Assembly: GCA_040767805.1 (NCBI GenBank)
Contig: JAXGNU010000004.1
Location: 96,001-160,000 of the forward strand
Source: Thermovirgaceae bacterium
Lineage (GTDB): Bacteria > Synergistota > Synergistia > Synergistales > Thermovirgaceae
Direction: 5' to 3'
DNA length: 64,000 bases
This document shows positions 37,459 to 46,963 of the stretch, piece after piece. The notes beneath the pieces were generated by a model, which saw only the letters and a program-made list of their open reading frames with translations, had not been told where the DNA came from and ran no database searches. Both the position numbers and the translations under genes were made by a program. Each line of letters begins with the position of its first letter. Position 1 is the first letter of the stretch.

Positions 37459-37929
37459 ATGGTGGAAGAAGGAACAAAGGCCCCGTCCTTCTGCCTGAAG
37501 GACAGCACGGGCAAGGAGAGGTGCCTCGATGAGTTCACCGGCAAGTGGGTGGTCCTCTACTTTTACCCCAAGGACAACACCAGCGGGTGCACCCTCGAAG
37601 CCATCGAGTTCTCCGCCCTGGAGGAAGATTTCAAGGGCCTCGGGGCCGTCGTGATCGGCATCAGCCCCGACACCTGCGAAAGCCACGCCCGCTTCATCGG
37701 CAAGCACAACCTGACGGTCCTCCTCCTCAGCGACCCCGAAAAGAAGGTGCTGGAACCCTACGGCGCCTGGCGGCTGAAGAAGATGTACGGCAGGGAGTCC
37801 ATGGGGGTGGCCAGGAGCACCGTCCTGGTATCGCCCAAGGGCGAGGTGGCCAGGACCTGGAAGAGCGTCAGGGCCGCGGGCCACGCCGCGAAGGTGCTCG
37901 AGGCCCTCAAGGGGATCGCCGGCGCCTGA
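37459..37929 (+). CDS. bcp: Peroxiredoxin, BCP/PrxQ family
   Basis: VLYFYPKDNTSGCT.EA, GISPD, LLSDP and RST. Confidence 0.93.
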   Translation: MVEEGTKAPSFCLKDSTGKERCLDEFTGKWVVLYFYPKDNTSGCTLEAIEFSALEEDFKGLGAVVIGISPDTCESHARFIGKHNLTVLLLSDPEKKVLEPYGAWRLKKMYGRESMGVARSTVLVSPKGEVARTWKSVRAAGHAAKVLEALKGIAGA

Positions 37930-37936
37930 ACCCTAT

Positions 37937-37962
37937 GCCCCCTCTTATGGGGGGCTTTTTTT
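37937..37962 (+). terminator. Rho-independent terminator
   Basis: GCCCC-tcttatg-GGGGC followed by T7. Confidence 0.7.
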
Positions 37963-38069
37963 GACCGCGAAGGTCAGGTTTGATCTATAATTTCCTACTC
38001 TTTATCCTTACTGAAGTTGGCCTCTTTCGGCCGCCGGTGGTATCATCGGGTTCTAGGGAGGCGATCGCC

Positions 38070-38714
38070 CTGGACGAATGGACCAGTCCAGACCCGACGA
38101 GGATGGCCCTGCTCACCGTCGATATCCAGCGGGAGTTCCAGCCCGGATTCCCCTCGGGGAGGCCGGAGAACGCGTCGGCCGTCCCCGCCGCCGCCGCGGT
38201 CGCCCGGGCTTTCAGGGGGGCGGGGAGGCCCATCATCCATATAGTCCGGCTCTACCTGCCCGACGGGAGCAACGCCGACCTGTGCAGGAAGTCCAGGATC
38301 CTCTCGGGGGAGCCGCTCCTCCTTCCGGGGTCGGAGTCGAGCCAGCTCGCCCTTGAACTGCTGCCCCACCCCGCGATCGTCCTCGACCACGAACTGCTGC
38401 TGGCCGGCCGGGCGCAGGAGATCGGCGAAGCCGAGTGGGTCATCTACAAGCCCCGCTTCGGGGCTTTTTACAGGACCCCCCTGGAGGAGCACCTCCGGAG
38501 ACTGGGGGTCAACACCCTCGTGATCACGGGCTCCAACTACCCCAACTGCCCCCGGGCCACGATCTACGAGGCCAGCGAGAGGGATTTCCGGATCGTCGCC
38601 GTGACTGACGCCCTTTCCCTGCTCGACGATCGGGGCATAGCAGAACTCGAGGCCATCGGGGTGCTCTGCATCCCCTCGGGAGAGGTCCCCGACCGGCTCC
38701 TTCTTCGCGGGTAA
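38070..38714 (+). CDS. Isochorismatase-family cysteine hydrolase
   Basis: ALLTVDIQ, K.RFGAFY.T.L and ITG...PNC.RAT..EA.ERDF. Start is uncertain (CTG 38070 after GGGAGG, or ATG 38103). Confidence 0.9.
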   Translation: MDEWTSPDPTRMALLTVDIQREFQPGFPSGRPENASAVPAAAAVARAFRGAGRPIIHIVRLYLPDGSNADLCRKSRILSGEPLLLPGSESSQLALELLPHPAIVLDHELLLAGRAQEIGEAEWVIYKPRFGAFYRTPLEEHLRRLGVNTLVITGSNYPNCPRATIYEASERDFRIVAVTDALSLLDDRGIAELEAIGVLCIPSGEVPDRLLLRG

Positions 38715-38778
38715 CGGCCCCTTTTTGGTATATAATAATAGGGTTATCACAATCTCCTTCCAGGAGGGACCCCCTTTG

Positions 38779-38991
38779 GTGTTTCTTCTCCTAGAGGAAA
38801 ACATGATGGTGCACTTGGGCAGGGTTCTTGCACTTGTCAGGTTCGAGGGTGAGACCGCCGTGCTCCTAAGGGACGGCTCTGTGATGGCTACGGGTTTCAC
38901 GCCGCCGACCCTCGCCAGGAGATCGTCCCGTTTCATGGAGGAAGGGACAGGATCGGCCCGCCCCTTACGCCAGGGAGGAATAAATCCATGA
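38779..38991 (+). CDS. Small RemB/DUF370 (YaaB)-like protein
   Basis: GGAGGG RBS; MFLLL...T.F.P.TL.RR pattern; directly upstream of and overlapping gyrB. Confidence 0.55.
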   Translation: MFLLLEENMMVHLGRVLALVRFEGETAVLLRDGSVMATGFTPPTLARRSSRFMEEGTGSARPLRQGGINP

Positions 38992-41900
38992 CGTCAGCTT
39001 CATCATCGGCTTCGAAGCAGTACACAGCCAAGGACATCCAAATCCTCGAAGGGCTGGAAGCGGTCCGCCGAAGGCCGAGCATGTACATCGGCGACACCGG
39101 TCCCCGGGGTCTTCACCATATCGTCTACGAGGTGGTCGACAACGCCATCGATGAGGCCATGGCCGGGTGGTGCTCCTCCATCGTCGTGGTGATACACGAT
39201 GACGGCCGCGTCTCCGTGGAGGACAACGGCCGCGGGATACCCACCGACCCCCACCCGCAGACGGGGAAGTCCGCCGCGGAGGTGGTGCTCACCACCCTCC
39301 ACGCCGGGGGGAAGTTCGACAAGAAGTCCTACCAGGTCAGCGGCGGCCTCCACGGCGTAGGGGTGTCGGTGGTCAACGCCCTGTCGGAGTGGCTCAACCT
39401 CACCGTCTGGCGCGACGGCAAGGAATGGAGGCAGTCCTACCGCAAGGGCAAGCCCGTCACGGACCTCTGCTGCGGCGAACCTACGGGCAAGAACGGCACC
39501 CTGATAGAGTTCTTGCCCGACCCGGCGATCTTCGAAGAGACTGAGTTCTCCTGGGAGACCCTGGCGGGCCGCTTCAGGGAGATGGCCTTCCTCAACCCCG
39601 GCCTCTCCATCGAACTGCGGGACGAGGCCTCCGGGACGGAAAAGGTCTTCCACTACGAGGGGGGCATCTCCTCCTTCGTGGAATACCTGAACCGGGGCAA
39701 GAACCCCCTCTACGCGCCGCCGATAGTCATCTCCGGCGAGCGCGAAGGCGTCACCGTGGAGATAGGGGTCCAGTACAACGACAGTTACCTGGAGAGGCTC
39801 TTCGCCTTCGCCAACCTAATAAACACCATCGAGGGAGGCACCCACGTTTCGGGCTTCAGGACGGCCCTGACGCGGGCCATAAACGAATCGGCCCGGAGGA
39901 ACAAGGTCATCCGGGATAAGGACCCCAACCTGACGGGCGAGGACCTGAAGGAGGGCCTCACAGCCGTCATCTCGGTGAAGCTCCCCGAGCCCCAGTTCGA
40001 GGGGCAGACCAAGACCAAGCTGGGCAACGGCGAGATCAAGGGCATCGTCGATTCGCTCTTTTATGACGGCCTCATGGCCGAGATCGACGAAAGGCCCGAC
40101 ATCCTGAAGCCCGTCGTCGAGAAGGCCGTCAAGGCCAGGCTCGCCAGGGAGGCCGCCAAGAAGGCCAGGGAACTGGTGCGCCGCAAGACCGCCCTGGCGG
40201 GGCTGGACCTCCCGGGCAAACTGGCGGACTGCTCGAGCCGCAACCCCGAGGAGTGCGAGATATTCATCGTCGAGGGGGATTCGGCGGGGGGCTCCGCCAA
40301 GCAGGGCCGGGACCGCAACTTCCAGGCCATCCTCCCCCTGCGGGGTAAGATCCTCAACGTGGAAAAGGCCCGCATCGACAAGGCCCTGGACAACCAGGAG
40401 ATACGCACCATAATCCAGGCCCTCGGTGCCGGTGTGGGCGACGATTTCAACGTCGATGCCATCAGGTACAACAAGGTTTTCGTCATGAGCGTCGACGGGG
40501 AAGAACCCACCCTCGTGAAGGACCCCCACGGGGTTATCCGGCAGGTCCGGATCGGGGAATTCGTAGACCAGGTCATCGACGGGGCCCTTTCCCCCGAGGG
40601 GTACCAGGTCCTGTGCTTTGACCTCGCCACGCAGGCCACCCGTTTCAGGCCGCTGGCCAAGGTCATCCGGCACCCCATCGAGGAGCCCCTTTACGAGATC
40701 CGGACCACCTACGGCAGGAACGTCAGGGTCACTTCGTCCCACAGCGTTTTCACCTGCGACGGCGGAGAGGTCGTCCTGAAGAAGGGCTGCGAGATAGCCC
40801 CCGGCGACCTGCTCGTAGCGCCCCGCGCCATCGACCTGGGCGAAGGGGCCGCCCTGGGCCTTGACCTCCCGGGAATGACCGCCCCGGCGCCGGGAGACCC
40901 CGCCGAGGAAGACCCGCCGCGGCGCCTCCGGGTCGACGAGGACCTCATGACCGTCCTGGGACTTTTCACCGCCGTGGGCAGTCTCGACGGGGAGGGCGTC
41001 GGCTTCGCCCTCGGGACCGGGAAGGACCCCCTCGAAGGAGAGCTCCGTGACCGGTTCCGCAAGGCCTTCGGCGTGGATCTCCATCACCGACGCCCCGGAG
41101 AACTGGCGGCCCTGGACCCGTTCCTTCCCGCCGTCTTCAGGCTCCTTTTCGAGTTCGACGGGGAGACCCCCAAAGGGTTGCCCGGAATCGTCTTCAACGT
41201 CCCGATGGACCTAAAGAAAGCCTTTCTCCGGGGCTATTTCCTGGTGGAGGGCACCCTGAGCGGGAAGGGGCTGGACTTTACAGCACCCGCCAGGGACCTG
41301 GCGGCGGGCATCCTTTTCCTGCTCTCTTCCATGGGGGTTATGGCCTCGCTGCACTCGCGGGACCGGAGGATAACCCTGTCCGCCCTCGAGGACCTCGTCC
41401 TCATCGAGGCAGTGTGGCGGGACCACCCTCTCGCCGGAGCGCTGCTCGAAAGGATCGGCCGGGTCGCCGGCAATGACAACAAGCGCCGCTTCACTCCCCT
41501 CCGGGGCGACCTCGTCGGGCTCAAGGTAACGGGCGTCAGGGAAGTGGCACCCTCCTCGCGGTGGGTATACGACTTTTCCGTGGAAGGGGACGAGAACTTC
41601 ATCTGCGGCATGGGAGGCATTTGCTGCCACAACACCGACGCCGACGTGGACGGAGCCCATATCAGGACGCTGCTTTTGACGCTCTTCTACCGTTTCATGC
41701 CCCAGCTGATAGAGAGGGGCCACCTTTTCATAGCCCAGCCGCCCCTCTACAGAGTCCAGGCCGGCAAAGAGGTCCACTACTGCTACAGCGACAAGGACCT
41801 GAAGATGCTCCAGGAGCGCCTGAAGGGCCGCAAACTGGTCATTCTTCGCTACAAGGGCCTGGGGGAGATGAACCCAGAACAGCTATGGGAAACCACCATG

Positions 41901-42050
41901 GACCCGGCGACCCGTATAAGCAAGAGGGTCGAGGTCGAGGACGCCGTCTCCGCCGAGGAGTACTTCAGCATCCTCATGGGCGACAAGGTCGAGCCCCGGA
42001 GGGAGTTCATCGAGGCCCACGCTAAGGAAGTAAGGAACCTGGATGTGTAG
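38988..42050 (+). CDS. gyrB: DNA gyrase subunit B containing an intein
   Basis: LEAVRRRP.MYIG, EVVDN, LHAGGKF, VEGDSAGGS, PLRGK, DADVDG and YKGLGEM; 638 aa after removing the insert. Confidence 0.97.
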   Translation: MTSASSSASKQYTAKDIQILEGLEAVRRRPSMYIGDTGPRGLHHIVYEVVDNAIDEAMAGWCSSIVVVIHDDGRVSVEDNGRGIPTDPHPQTGKSAAEVVLTTLHAGGKFDKKSYQVSGGLHGVGVSVVNALSEWLNLTVWRDGKEWRQSYRKGKPVTDLCCGEPTGKNGTLIEFLPDPAIFEETEFSWETLAGRFREMAFLNPGLSIELRDEASGTEKVFHYEGGISSFVEYLNRGKNPLYAPPIVISGEREGVTVEIGVQYNDSYLERLFAFANLINTIEGGTHVSGFRTALTRAINESARRNKVIRDKDPNLTGEDLKEGLTAVISVKLPEPQFEGQTKTKLGNGEIKGIVDSLFYDGLMAEIDERPDILKPVVEKAVKARLAREAAKKARELVRRKTALAGLDLPGKLADCSSRNPEECEIFIVEGDSAGGSAKQGRDRNFQAILPLRGKILNVEKARIDKALDNQEIRTIIQALGAGVGDDFNVDAIRYNKVFVMSVDGEEPTLVKDPHGVIRQVRIGEFVDQVIDGALSPEGYQVLCFDLATQATRFRPLAKVIRHPIEEPLYEIRTTYGRNVRVTSSHSVFTCDGGEVVLKKGCEIAPGDLLVAPRAIDLGEGAALGLDLPGMTAPAPGDPAEEDPPRRLRVDEDLMTVLGLFTAVGSLDGEGVGFALGTGKDPLEGELRDRFRKAFGVDLHHRRPGELAALDPFLPAVFRLLFEFDGETPKGLPGIVFNVPMDLKKAFLRGYFLVEGTLSGKGLDFTAPARDLAAGILFLLSSMGVMASLHSRDRRITLSALEDLVLIEAVWRDHPLAGALLERIGRVAGNDNKRRFTPLRGDLVGLKVTGVREVAPSSRWVYDFSVEGDENFICGMGGICCHNTDADVDGAHIRTLLLTLFYRFMPQLIERGHLFIAQPPLYRVQAGKEVHYCYSDKDLKMLQERLKGRKLVILRYKGLGEMNPEQLWETTMDPATRISKRVEVEDAVSAEEYFSILMGDKVEPRREFIEAHAKEVRNLDV
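40488..41633 (+). mobile_element. Intein (382 aa) with degenerate LAGLIDADG endonuclease region
   Basis: Splits VFVM|TDADVDG. Begins SVDGEEP; block B VTSSHSVF; block F VYDFSVEGDENF; ends CHN before Thr+1. Confidence 0.95.
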
Positions 42051-42129
42051 CACAAGGGACGAGGACGTAAAAGGAAGAAACCCCTGAGAACGTTTAATCC
42101 AAAAAAATCCGTAAGTGAACCTGGACGGG

Positions 42130-42164
42130 CAGCCCCGGAAGGAGGAAAAACCCTTCCGGGGCTG
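42130..42164. terminator. Hairpin between convergent gyrB and the pil operon
   Basis: CAGCCCCGGAAGG-9 nt-CCTTCCGGGGCTG, a perfect 13-bp stem. Confidence 0.7.
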
Positions 42165-42211
42165 TGTGTTGAACAATGTTCAAGAACTGAAGGAGACCTT
42201 GTCGGAAGCCC

Positions 42212-42586
42212 CTACATCGCCACGGGTTCGGCCATGACGACCATCCCGTCAACATCCAGGTAGAGCATGACCGTCCGGCCCTTGTTCTGGTCGAGGAAGG
42301 CCCATGGGCCAACCTCCGCGCCGCCCCTCGAGAGGAAGCGCGTCTTTCCGGGGTTCCAGGGATACCTCTCCATCTTCACGGTGACGATGTCGTAGGGCAT
42401 CGCCGTAAGGGTTTCCAAAACAGCATCCATCCTGGTCTGGTAGATCACCTCTTCTTCCCCGGCCGGCGGGGGACCCGCATCCTGCGCCAGGACGGGAGCC
42501 GCGGCCCCCGACAGGAAAAGCGAAAGGGCCAGGGCGAGCGTGACCATCAGGACCCTTGCCCCGGGATAAGCGGGAGATCTCATCAT
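42212..42586 (-). CDS. Small secreted protein at the PilY2 position
   Basis: Signal peptide; ATGA overlap with the pilY1 stop. Confidence 0.65.
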   Translation of the reverse strand: MMRSPAYPGARVLMVTLALALSLFLSGAAAPVLAQDAGPPPAGEEEVIYQTRMDAVLETLTAMPYDIVTVKMERYPWNPGKTRFLSRGGAEVGPWAFLDQNKGRTVMLYLDVDGMVVMAEPVAM

Positions 42587-45500
42587 TTTGTCCTCCACTC
42601 CCTCCAGAAAATGGGCCCCTCGTCGGCCCCGGCGCCGGCATCCCCGCCGGAAGGTATCTCCTCGGGAAGGTCGAAGGAGAGCAGGTTCCCCGTCAACCGG
42701 GCGCTGTCACCGAGGGCGCTCTTGAGGTCCCCCGCTGAGGCCGAACCCACGACGCCCAGGTAGACCTTGTCGCCGAAGACGGTGATCCCCGCTACCTGGA
42801 GCCCCTCCAACTCGACGAACTTGTTCCCGCCCCCCCAGTCGCCGGCGCCGGTCAGGGCCTCCACCGCGTAGAACCTGGAACTCCCGATCACGCAGGGATC
42901 GCCGGGGTCACCCGAGAAGGTGGCGAAGAGGAGGTGGCCGTTGTAAAAGGTCACCGGCGTCGAGGGTATCTCCACCGGGGTTGTCCGGAAATCCAGGTAC
43001 CACCCGTTGGTGTTCGACGCCGTCCCCTGGGTGGGGGTCAACCCCTCCAGATCATCGATGGTCAGGGGGCTCTGTTCCGACGCCCTGGACGTGTTGAGGG
43101 CGTAGAGCCTGTAGCCGGTGGCGGAGTAGTTCAGGTTCTCGATATCCCCCGTCTGGTAGAAGAGCCAGGGCTGCCCCCTCAGCATGCCCACGTCCATCCT
43201 GTAGGTGATCCCGGCGTCATCCGCCGGGGCCTGGAAGACCTTGAGGGCGGCGCCCCAGTTGTCCCGGCCTGATTCCCAGGAGTAGACGTTACCGCCGATA
43301 TCCCCGGCGTAAAGGTGGTCCAGGAGCCTGGTGGCCCTGCTCCGGCCGAAGCCGGTCACCGGGGAGCAGACGGGCTTGAGCACGTTGGCATCGCCGGAGT
43401 CCCGGGCGGTCAGTTTCCGCAGGACCTCCCCGCTTTGGACATCGATCATGTAGACGGCGCCCCTGCCGGGGTTGCCGCCGTAGTTCCCCGGGTGGCCGTT
43501 GCCCATGACCGCGACCCACCGGTCCTCCCAAAGGCCCTGGCCCCCGTCCACCACGCCGGCGGTGTTGGCCACGATCGGGGTGCTCAGCGTCCTGTAAAGG
43601 CCGCGGTAGTCAAGTTTCTCCCCGACCTCGGCGTGGGTGTATATGGCGTAGTCCACCTGGGGGTTTTGGCTCTTCTTCCAGTAGTGGATCTTCCTCGAAT
43701 CAGGGTTAAGGGCAGAGGAGCCGTCGGGCGTGACGATGTTGTTCTCCACGGCCCATAAAAAGACGGGCTCTCCCGGTTCGGTCACGTCGAGGGCGTACAG
43801 GCCCTGGCCCCCATAGCCCAGCAATCCGACCAGGATGGTCCTCCACTCGCCCCCCATGAGTACGTCCTCGGCCACGAGGGGCCCGTCGAGAAGGTACCGC
43901 GGGTTGGAGGGCGTACTGTTGAGCACTTGCACCTTGCCGTCGTTGGAGAATTGTCCCTTGAGGCCGAGGAGCCTGCCGTTACCCAGGACGTTGGGGGGGA
44001 TGAAGGCCCACTTTTCGGCCCCGTTGTTTTCGGGGTCGATGGCGTGGAGGAGCCCGGCGTTGCTCTGAAGGTAGAGGGTCTTGTCCCTCTCCTCGTGGGC
44101 TGCGACGAAATCGGCATAGGCCTGGGACGGGTAGTTGGCCCTGGGAGGCCCCACCTCGGTCACGCCCCCGTGGTAGACATCGGCGAACATGTACCGGTGT
44201 CCCGCGGCGGACGCCGGGTTTTCGTTCCATATATCGAAGCCCCGGACCCAGTTGATGAAAAGGGCGAGGAAATCCGACGACAGGGAGAACTCCCCGGAAC
44301 CGGTCACCTCGTCCATCAGCGAAGCGGAGCCGTCAAAGCCCACCAGGTTTGTACCGCCGCCCAGCCCCTGGGCCTTGGGAGAGGCCATGCCGGCCCAGTC
44401 GACGGTGACTATATTCCTTCCGCCCGGCCCCTGCCCCTGGAGGGTGTTTGAAGTGTCCCATTTGGCCTCTTCGTCGAGGGCGCCATCCTCGCCCACGGCG
44501 TACTGGAAGAGGTGCCCCTTCCACTGGGCCGAGTTCTGGGGGAGGAAGGAGGCCACGTAGATTGACGAGTCGCCGGCCTCGGTCCGGGCGGGGCTGACCA
44601 TGGGGGCCCCGCCGGTCGTCCTGGAGGCCTGGATGATCTCGAATATTCTCCGGAAGGTATAGATCAGGCTTTCTATATCGGTCGAGAAGAAGGCCCCCGG
44701 GCCCGGGTCCTCCGGGTCGGCCTCGCCGGCCTGGCCATCCCAGCCCAGGTCGGCCATTCTTTCCAGGGTGTCGGCCAGGCCCGTCATCTTCTCGGGGTCG
44801 ATGAGGCCTATCACCAGGGTCCTCACCGGAAGGCCGCGCCCGTCGTCCTCAGAGGACCTGATGTACTCGTGGTAAAGCCTCCTGACGGCCTCCACGGGGT
44901 CGCTGTTTTCCGTGTCGGCCCCGTCGGTGAGGACGATGAGCCAGTTGTACTGGCACCGCCACTGGACCACGTCGTTGGCCTTGAAGTACTTCACCGCCGA
45001 ATCCTGGGTAGAGTCCCACTTCTGTGGGTAGCTATATTTAAACCCGTAGATCGAGGCCGCGAGGGGAGTCCACCCCGCCGCCCGTAGTTCGGGGTTGCCG
45101 CTTTCCTCGACGCCGTCGAACCATTTCAGGATGCTCGAAAGATGGGAGGGGTCGTCGGCGGAGCCGAAGGGCACTCTCAAAAGGGCCTTGGGGTCACCCG
45201 TCTTGGCGTAGTGTAATTTTTGGGTCTCGTTGGAATAGTTATAGGGCGGTCGGCTACTTCGAAGCGGGAATTGGTACCAATCGGCGTCGGTTCCCCCGGC
45301 CGACTCCTTCTGGTGGTAGGTGGCCAGGGCGATCCTCAGGCCCGAGGTCAGTTGCGGGTCGGACAATATTTTGTCCAGCACCAGCTTCATCTTGTAGAGT
45401 CTGCTGTCGTTGGGGTACTTGTAGTGGGAGTAGCCCTCCGGTGGGTCGTCGTTGGGGTGCGGGCCCCCCAGCCACGTCTTCGCCTGGCTGCCACGCTGGG

Positions 45501-46320
45501 AATCGAGGAGTTCTATCTCGGCCTGGGGGACGTACTTGAGGTTGGGGTGGTAGTTCGAGGGACCCTTGGGATCGTTGTTTGTGCTGTCCGTGTCCTGGCC
45601 GTAGTAGTACTGGCGGCTAGTAAAGCCGTCAACCACCGGCTTGGAGCCGTCGCCATAGGTCGAATCTTCAGAATCGGATTCGTAGGTCATGGACCCGCTC
45701 GTGTCGAGGAGGAGGAGCACGTTGGGTTCGACCCTGTTCTCGTAGAGGGCCGGGACGGGCTTGGCGTAGGGGGTGAATACCTGGGGCGCATCGGCGGGAG
45801 TGACGCTTCGGACTTGGACCGTCACCGAAGCAGACTTCGTGGTCACTCCGGGTTTAGATATGGTAGCCACGTTGGTGATGTCCTGGCCGGCCAACCTCTC
45901 CGGTATCCGTGCCCTGATCTTGATCTCCCTCACAGTGTAATTTCTGGGATTTCGGGATCCTGTAAAACCCTTAAAACTGCCCTGCCATTCATCAGGACCA
46001 ACCGATACGATGGGCGGGTTCCCCCCTCCGCCCTCTCCGACCCTATCATAAGTGTAAGTGACGTCCTTGCCATCACCATTAAAGATTGACATATCATCCG
46101 TAAGCGTGGCACCACTAAGGTCGCTCCGGGGGGTGTTCCCCAGGTTGATCGTAAAGACGACGTAATCCCCGGGGTTGGGGTCGGAAATGTCCACCGTCTT
46201 GGTTATGGTGAAAGCCCCCTGGGCCGCCCCGGCGGAAAACAGCGAGGCCATGAGGACGGCGGCGGCCAATCCGGCGCATCCAAGAAGTCGCTTGACCCTT
46301 CCATTCCCTCTTCTCTTCAT
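42583..46320 (-). CDS. PilY1/PilC-like type IV pilus tip adhesin (DUF11 + vWA + beta-propeller)
   Basis: Signal peptide; ITKTVD...PGD.V.FTI (DUF11); LLDTSGSM, TPLA and VLTDG (vWA); G.LHA.D...G.EKWAFIP, YALDVT.P and YAGD..GN (PilC propeller). Confidence 0.9.
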   Translation of the reverse strand: MKRRGNGRVKRLLGCAGLAAAVLMASLFSAGAAQGAFTITKTVDISDPNPGDYVVFTINLGNTPRSDLSGATLTDDMSIFNGDGKDVTYTYDRVGEGGGGNPPIVSVGPDEWQGSFKGFTGSRNPRNYTVREIKIRARIPERLAGQDITNVATISKPGVTTKSASVTVQVRSVTPADAPQVFTPYAKPVPALYENRVEPNVLLLLDTSGSMTYESDSEDSTYGDGSKPVVDGFTSRQYYYGQDTDSTNNDPKGPSNYHPNLKYVPQAEIELLDSQRGSQAKTWLGGPHPNDDPPEGYSHYKYPNDSRLYKMKLVLDKILSDPQLTSGLRIALATYHQKESAGGTDADWYQFPLRSSRPPYNYSNETQKLHYAKTGDPKALLRVPFGSADDPSHLSSILKWFDGVEESGNPELRAAGWTPLAASIYGFKYSYPQKWDSTQDSAVKYFKANDVVQWRCQYNWLIVLTDGADTENSDPVEAVRRLYHEYIRSSEDDGRGLPVRTLVIGLIDPEKMTGLADTLERMADLGWDGQAGEADPEDPGPGAFFSTDIESLIYTFRRIFEIIQASRTTGGAPMVSPARTEAGDSSIYVASFLPQNSAQWKGHLFQYAVGEDGALDEEAKWDTSNTLQGQGPGGRNIVTVDWAGMASPKAQGLGGGTNLVGFDGSASLMDEVTGSGEFSLSSDFLALFINWVRGFDIWNENPASAAGHRYMFADVYHGGVTEVGPPRANYPSQAYADFVAAHEERDKTLYLQSNAGLLHAIDPENNGAEKWAFIPPNVLGNGRLLGLKGQFSNDGKVQVLNSTPSNPRYLLDGPLVAEDVLMGGEWRTILVGLLGYGGQGLYALDVTEPGEPVFLWAVENNIVTPDGSSALNPDSRKIHYWKKSQNPQVDYAIYTHAEVGEKLDYRGLYRTLSTPIVANTAGVVDGGQGLWEDRWVAVMGNGHPGNYGGNPGRGAVYMIDVQSGEVLRKLTARDSGDANVLKPVCSPVTGFGRSRATRLLDHLYAGDIGGNVYSWESGRDNWGAALKVFQAPADDAGITYRMDVGMLRGQPWLFYQTGDIENLNYSATGYRLYALNTSRASEQSPLTIDDLEGLTPTQGTASNTNGWYLDFRTTPVEIPSTPVTFYNGHLLFATFSGDPGDPCVIGSSRFYAVEALTGAGDWGGGNKFVELEGLQVAGITVFGDKVYLGVVGSASAGDLKSALGDSARLTGNLLSFDLPEEIPSGGDAGAGADEGPIFWREWRTK

Positions 46321-46342
46321 ACCGGTCACCTGCCTTTTGGGC

Positions 46343-46963
46343 TCACTTGCCCCGGACGCGGATGAGGGCCTCGCTCAGGGACTTTTCCTTCTCCCCGAGG
46401 ACGGCCCTGCTCCTGACGAGGTAGACGCCGTAGCGGTCCACCCCGAAGCCGGCGCCGACGCTGCCCTCCCCGCGGTTGGAGGCGGCGTAGGAGGAGCTCA
46501 TGTGCCATGACCCCATGTACTCGATCATCGTCGCGTCAAGCCGGGGGGGGAAGATCTCCCCGGGATCCAGGGCGATGGTCCCGACGTCGTAGTTCAGGTC
46601 AAATACCTCCACCTCCACCATGACCCTGGGGTTCCCCGCCGCCGGGGCGGGGGGAATATGGTGCACCCTGAGGACCGAGGGGTCTCCCGTGACATTCACC
46701 CTTCCCGTCAGGTCCTCGGGGTCATCGGGGGAGAATCTCGGCAGCCTGTCGTGGGTCCAGATATAGCCGATCAGCCACTGCTTGCCCGCTTCGAGACCCC
46801 CTTCGGCCTCGCCGGTGATATCGATCTCCCTGACCAGGCTCGTCGAAGTGGAGAAGTAATTCTCCACCATCACCAGCACGACGGCGGAGAAGGCTATCCC
46901 CACGAGGAGGACGACCAGGGTGAGGGGCAGGACGGCTCCCGTTCTCTTAAGCCTTCTTCTCAT
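46343..46963 (-). CDS. PilX-like minor pilin
   Basis: Basic leader, G|AVLPLTL hydrophobic helix without Glu5, AEGGLE; ATGA overlap with the upstream gene. Confidence 0.75.
   Translation of the reverse strand: MRRRLKRTGAVLPLTLVVLLVGIAFSAVVLVMVENYFSTSTSLVREIDITGEAEGGLEAGKQWLIGYIWTHDRLPRFSPDDPEDLTGRVNVTGDPSVLRVHHIPPAPAAGNPRVMVEVEVFDLNYDVGTIALDPGEIFPPRLDATMIEYMGSWHMSSSYAASNRGEGSVGAGFGVDRYGVYLVRSRAVLGEKEKSLSEALIRVRGK

Noticed and set aside
38725..42050. oriC region near gyrB
   Set aside because: No dnaA, dnaN or recF adjacent, and no DnaA-box cluster seen.
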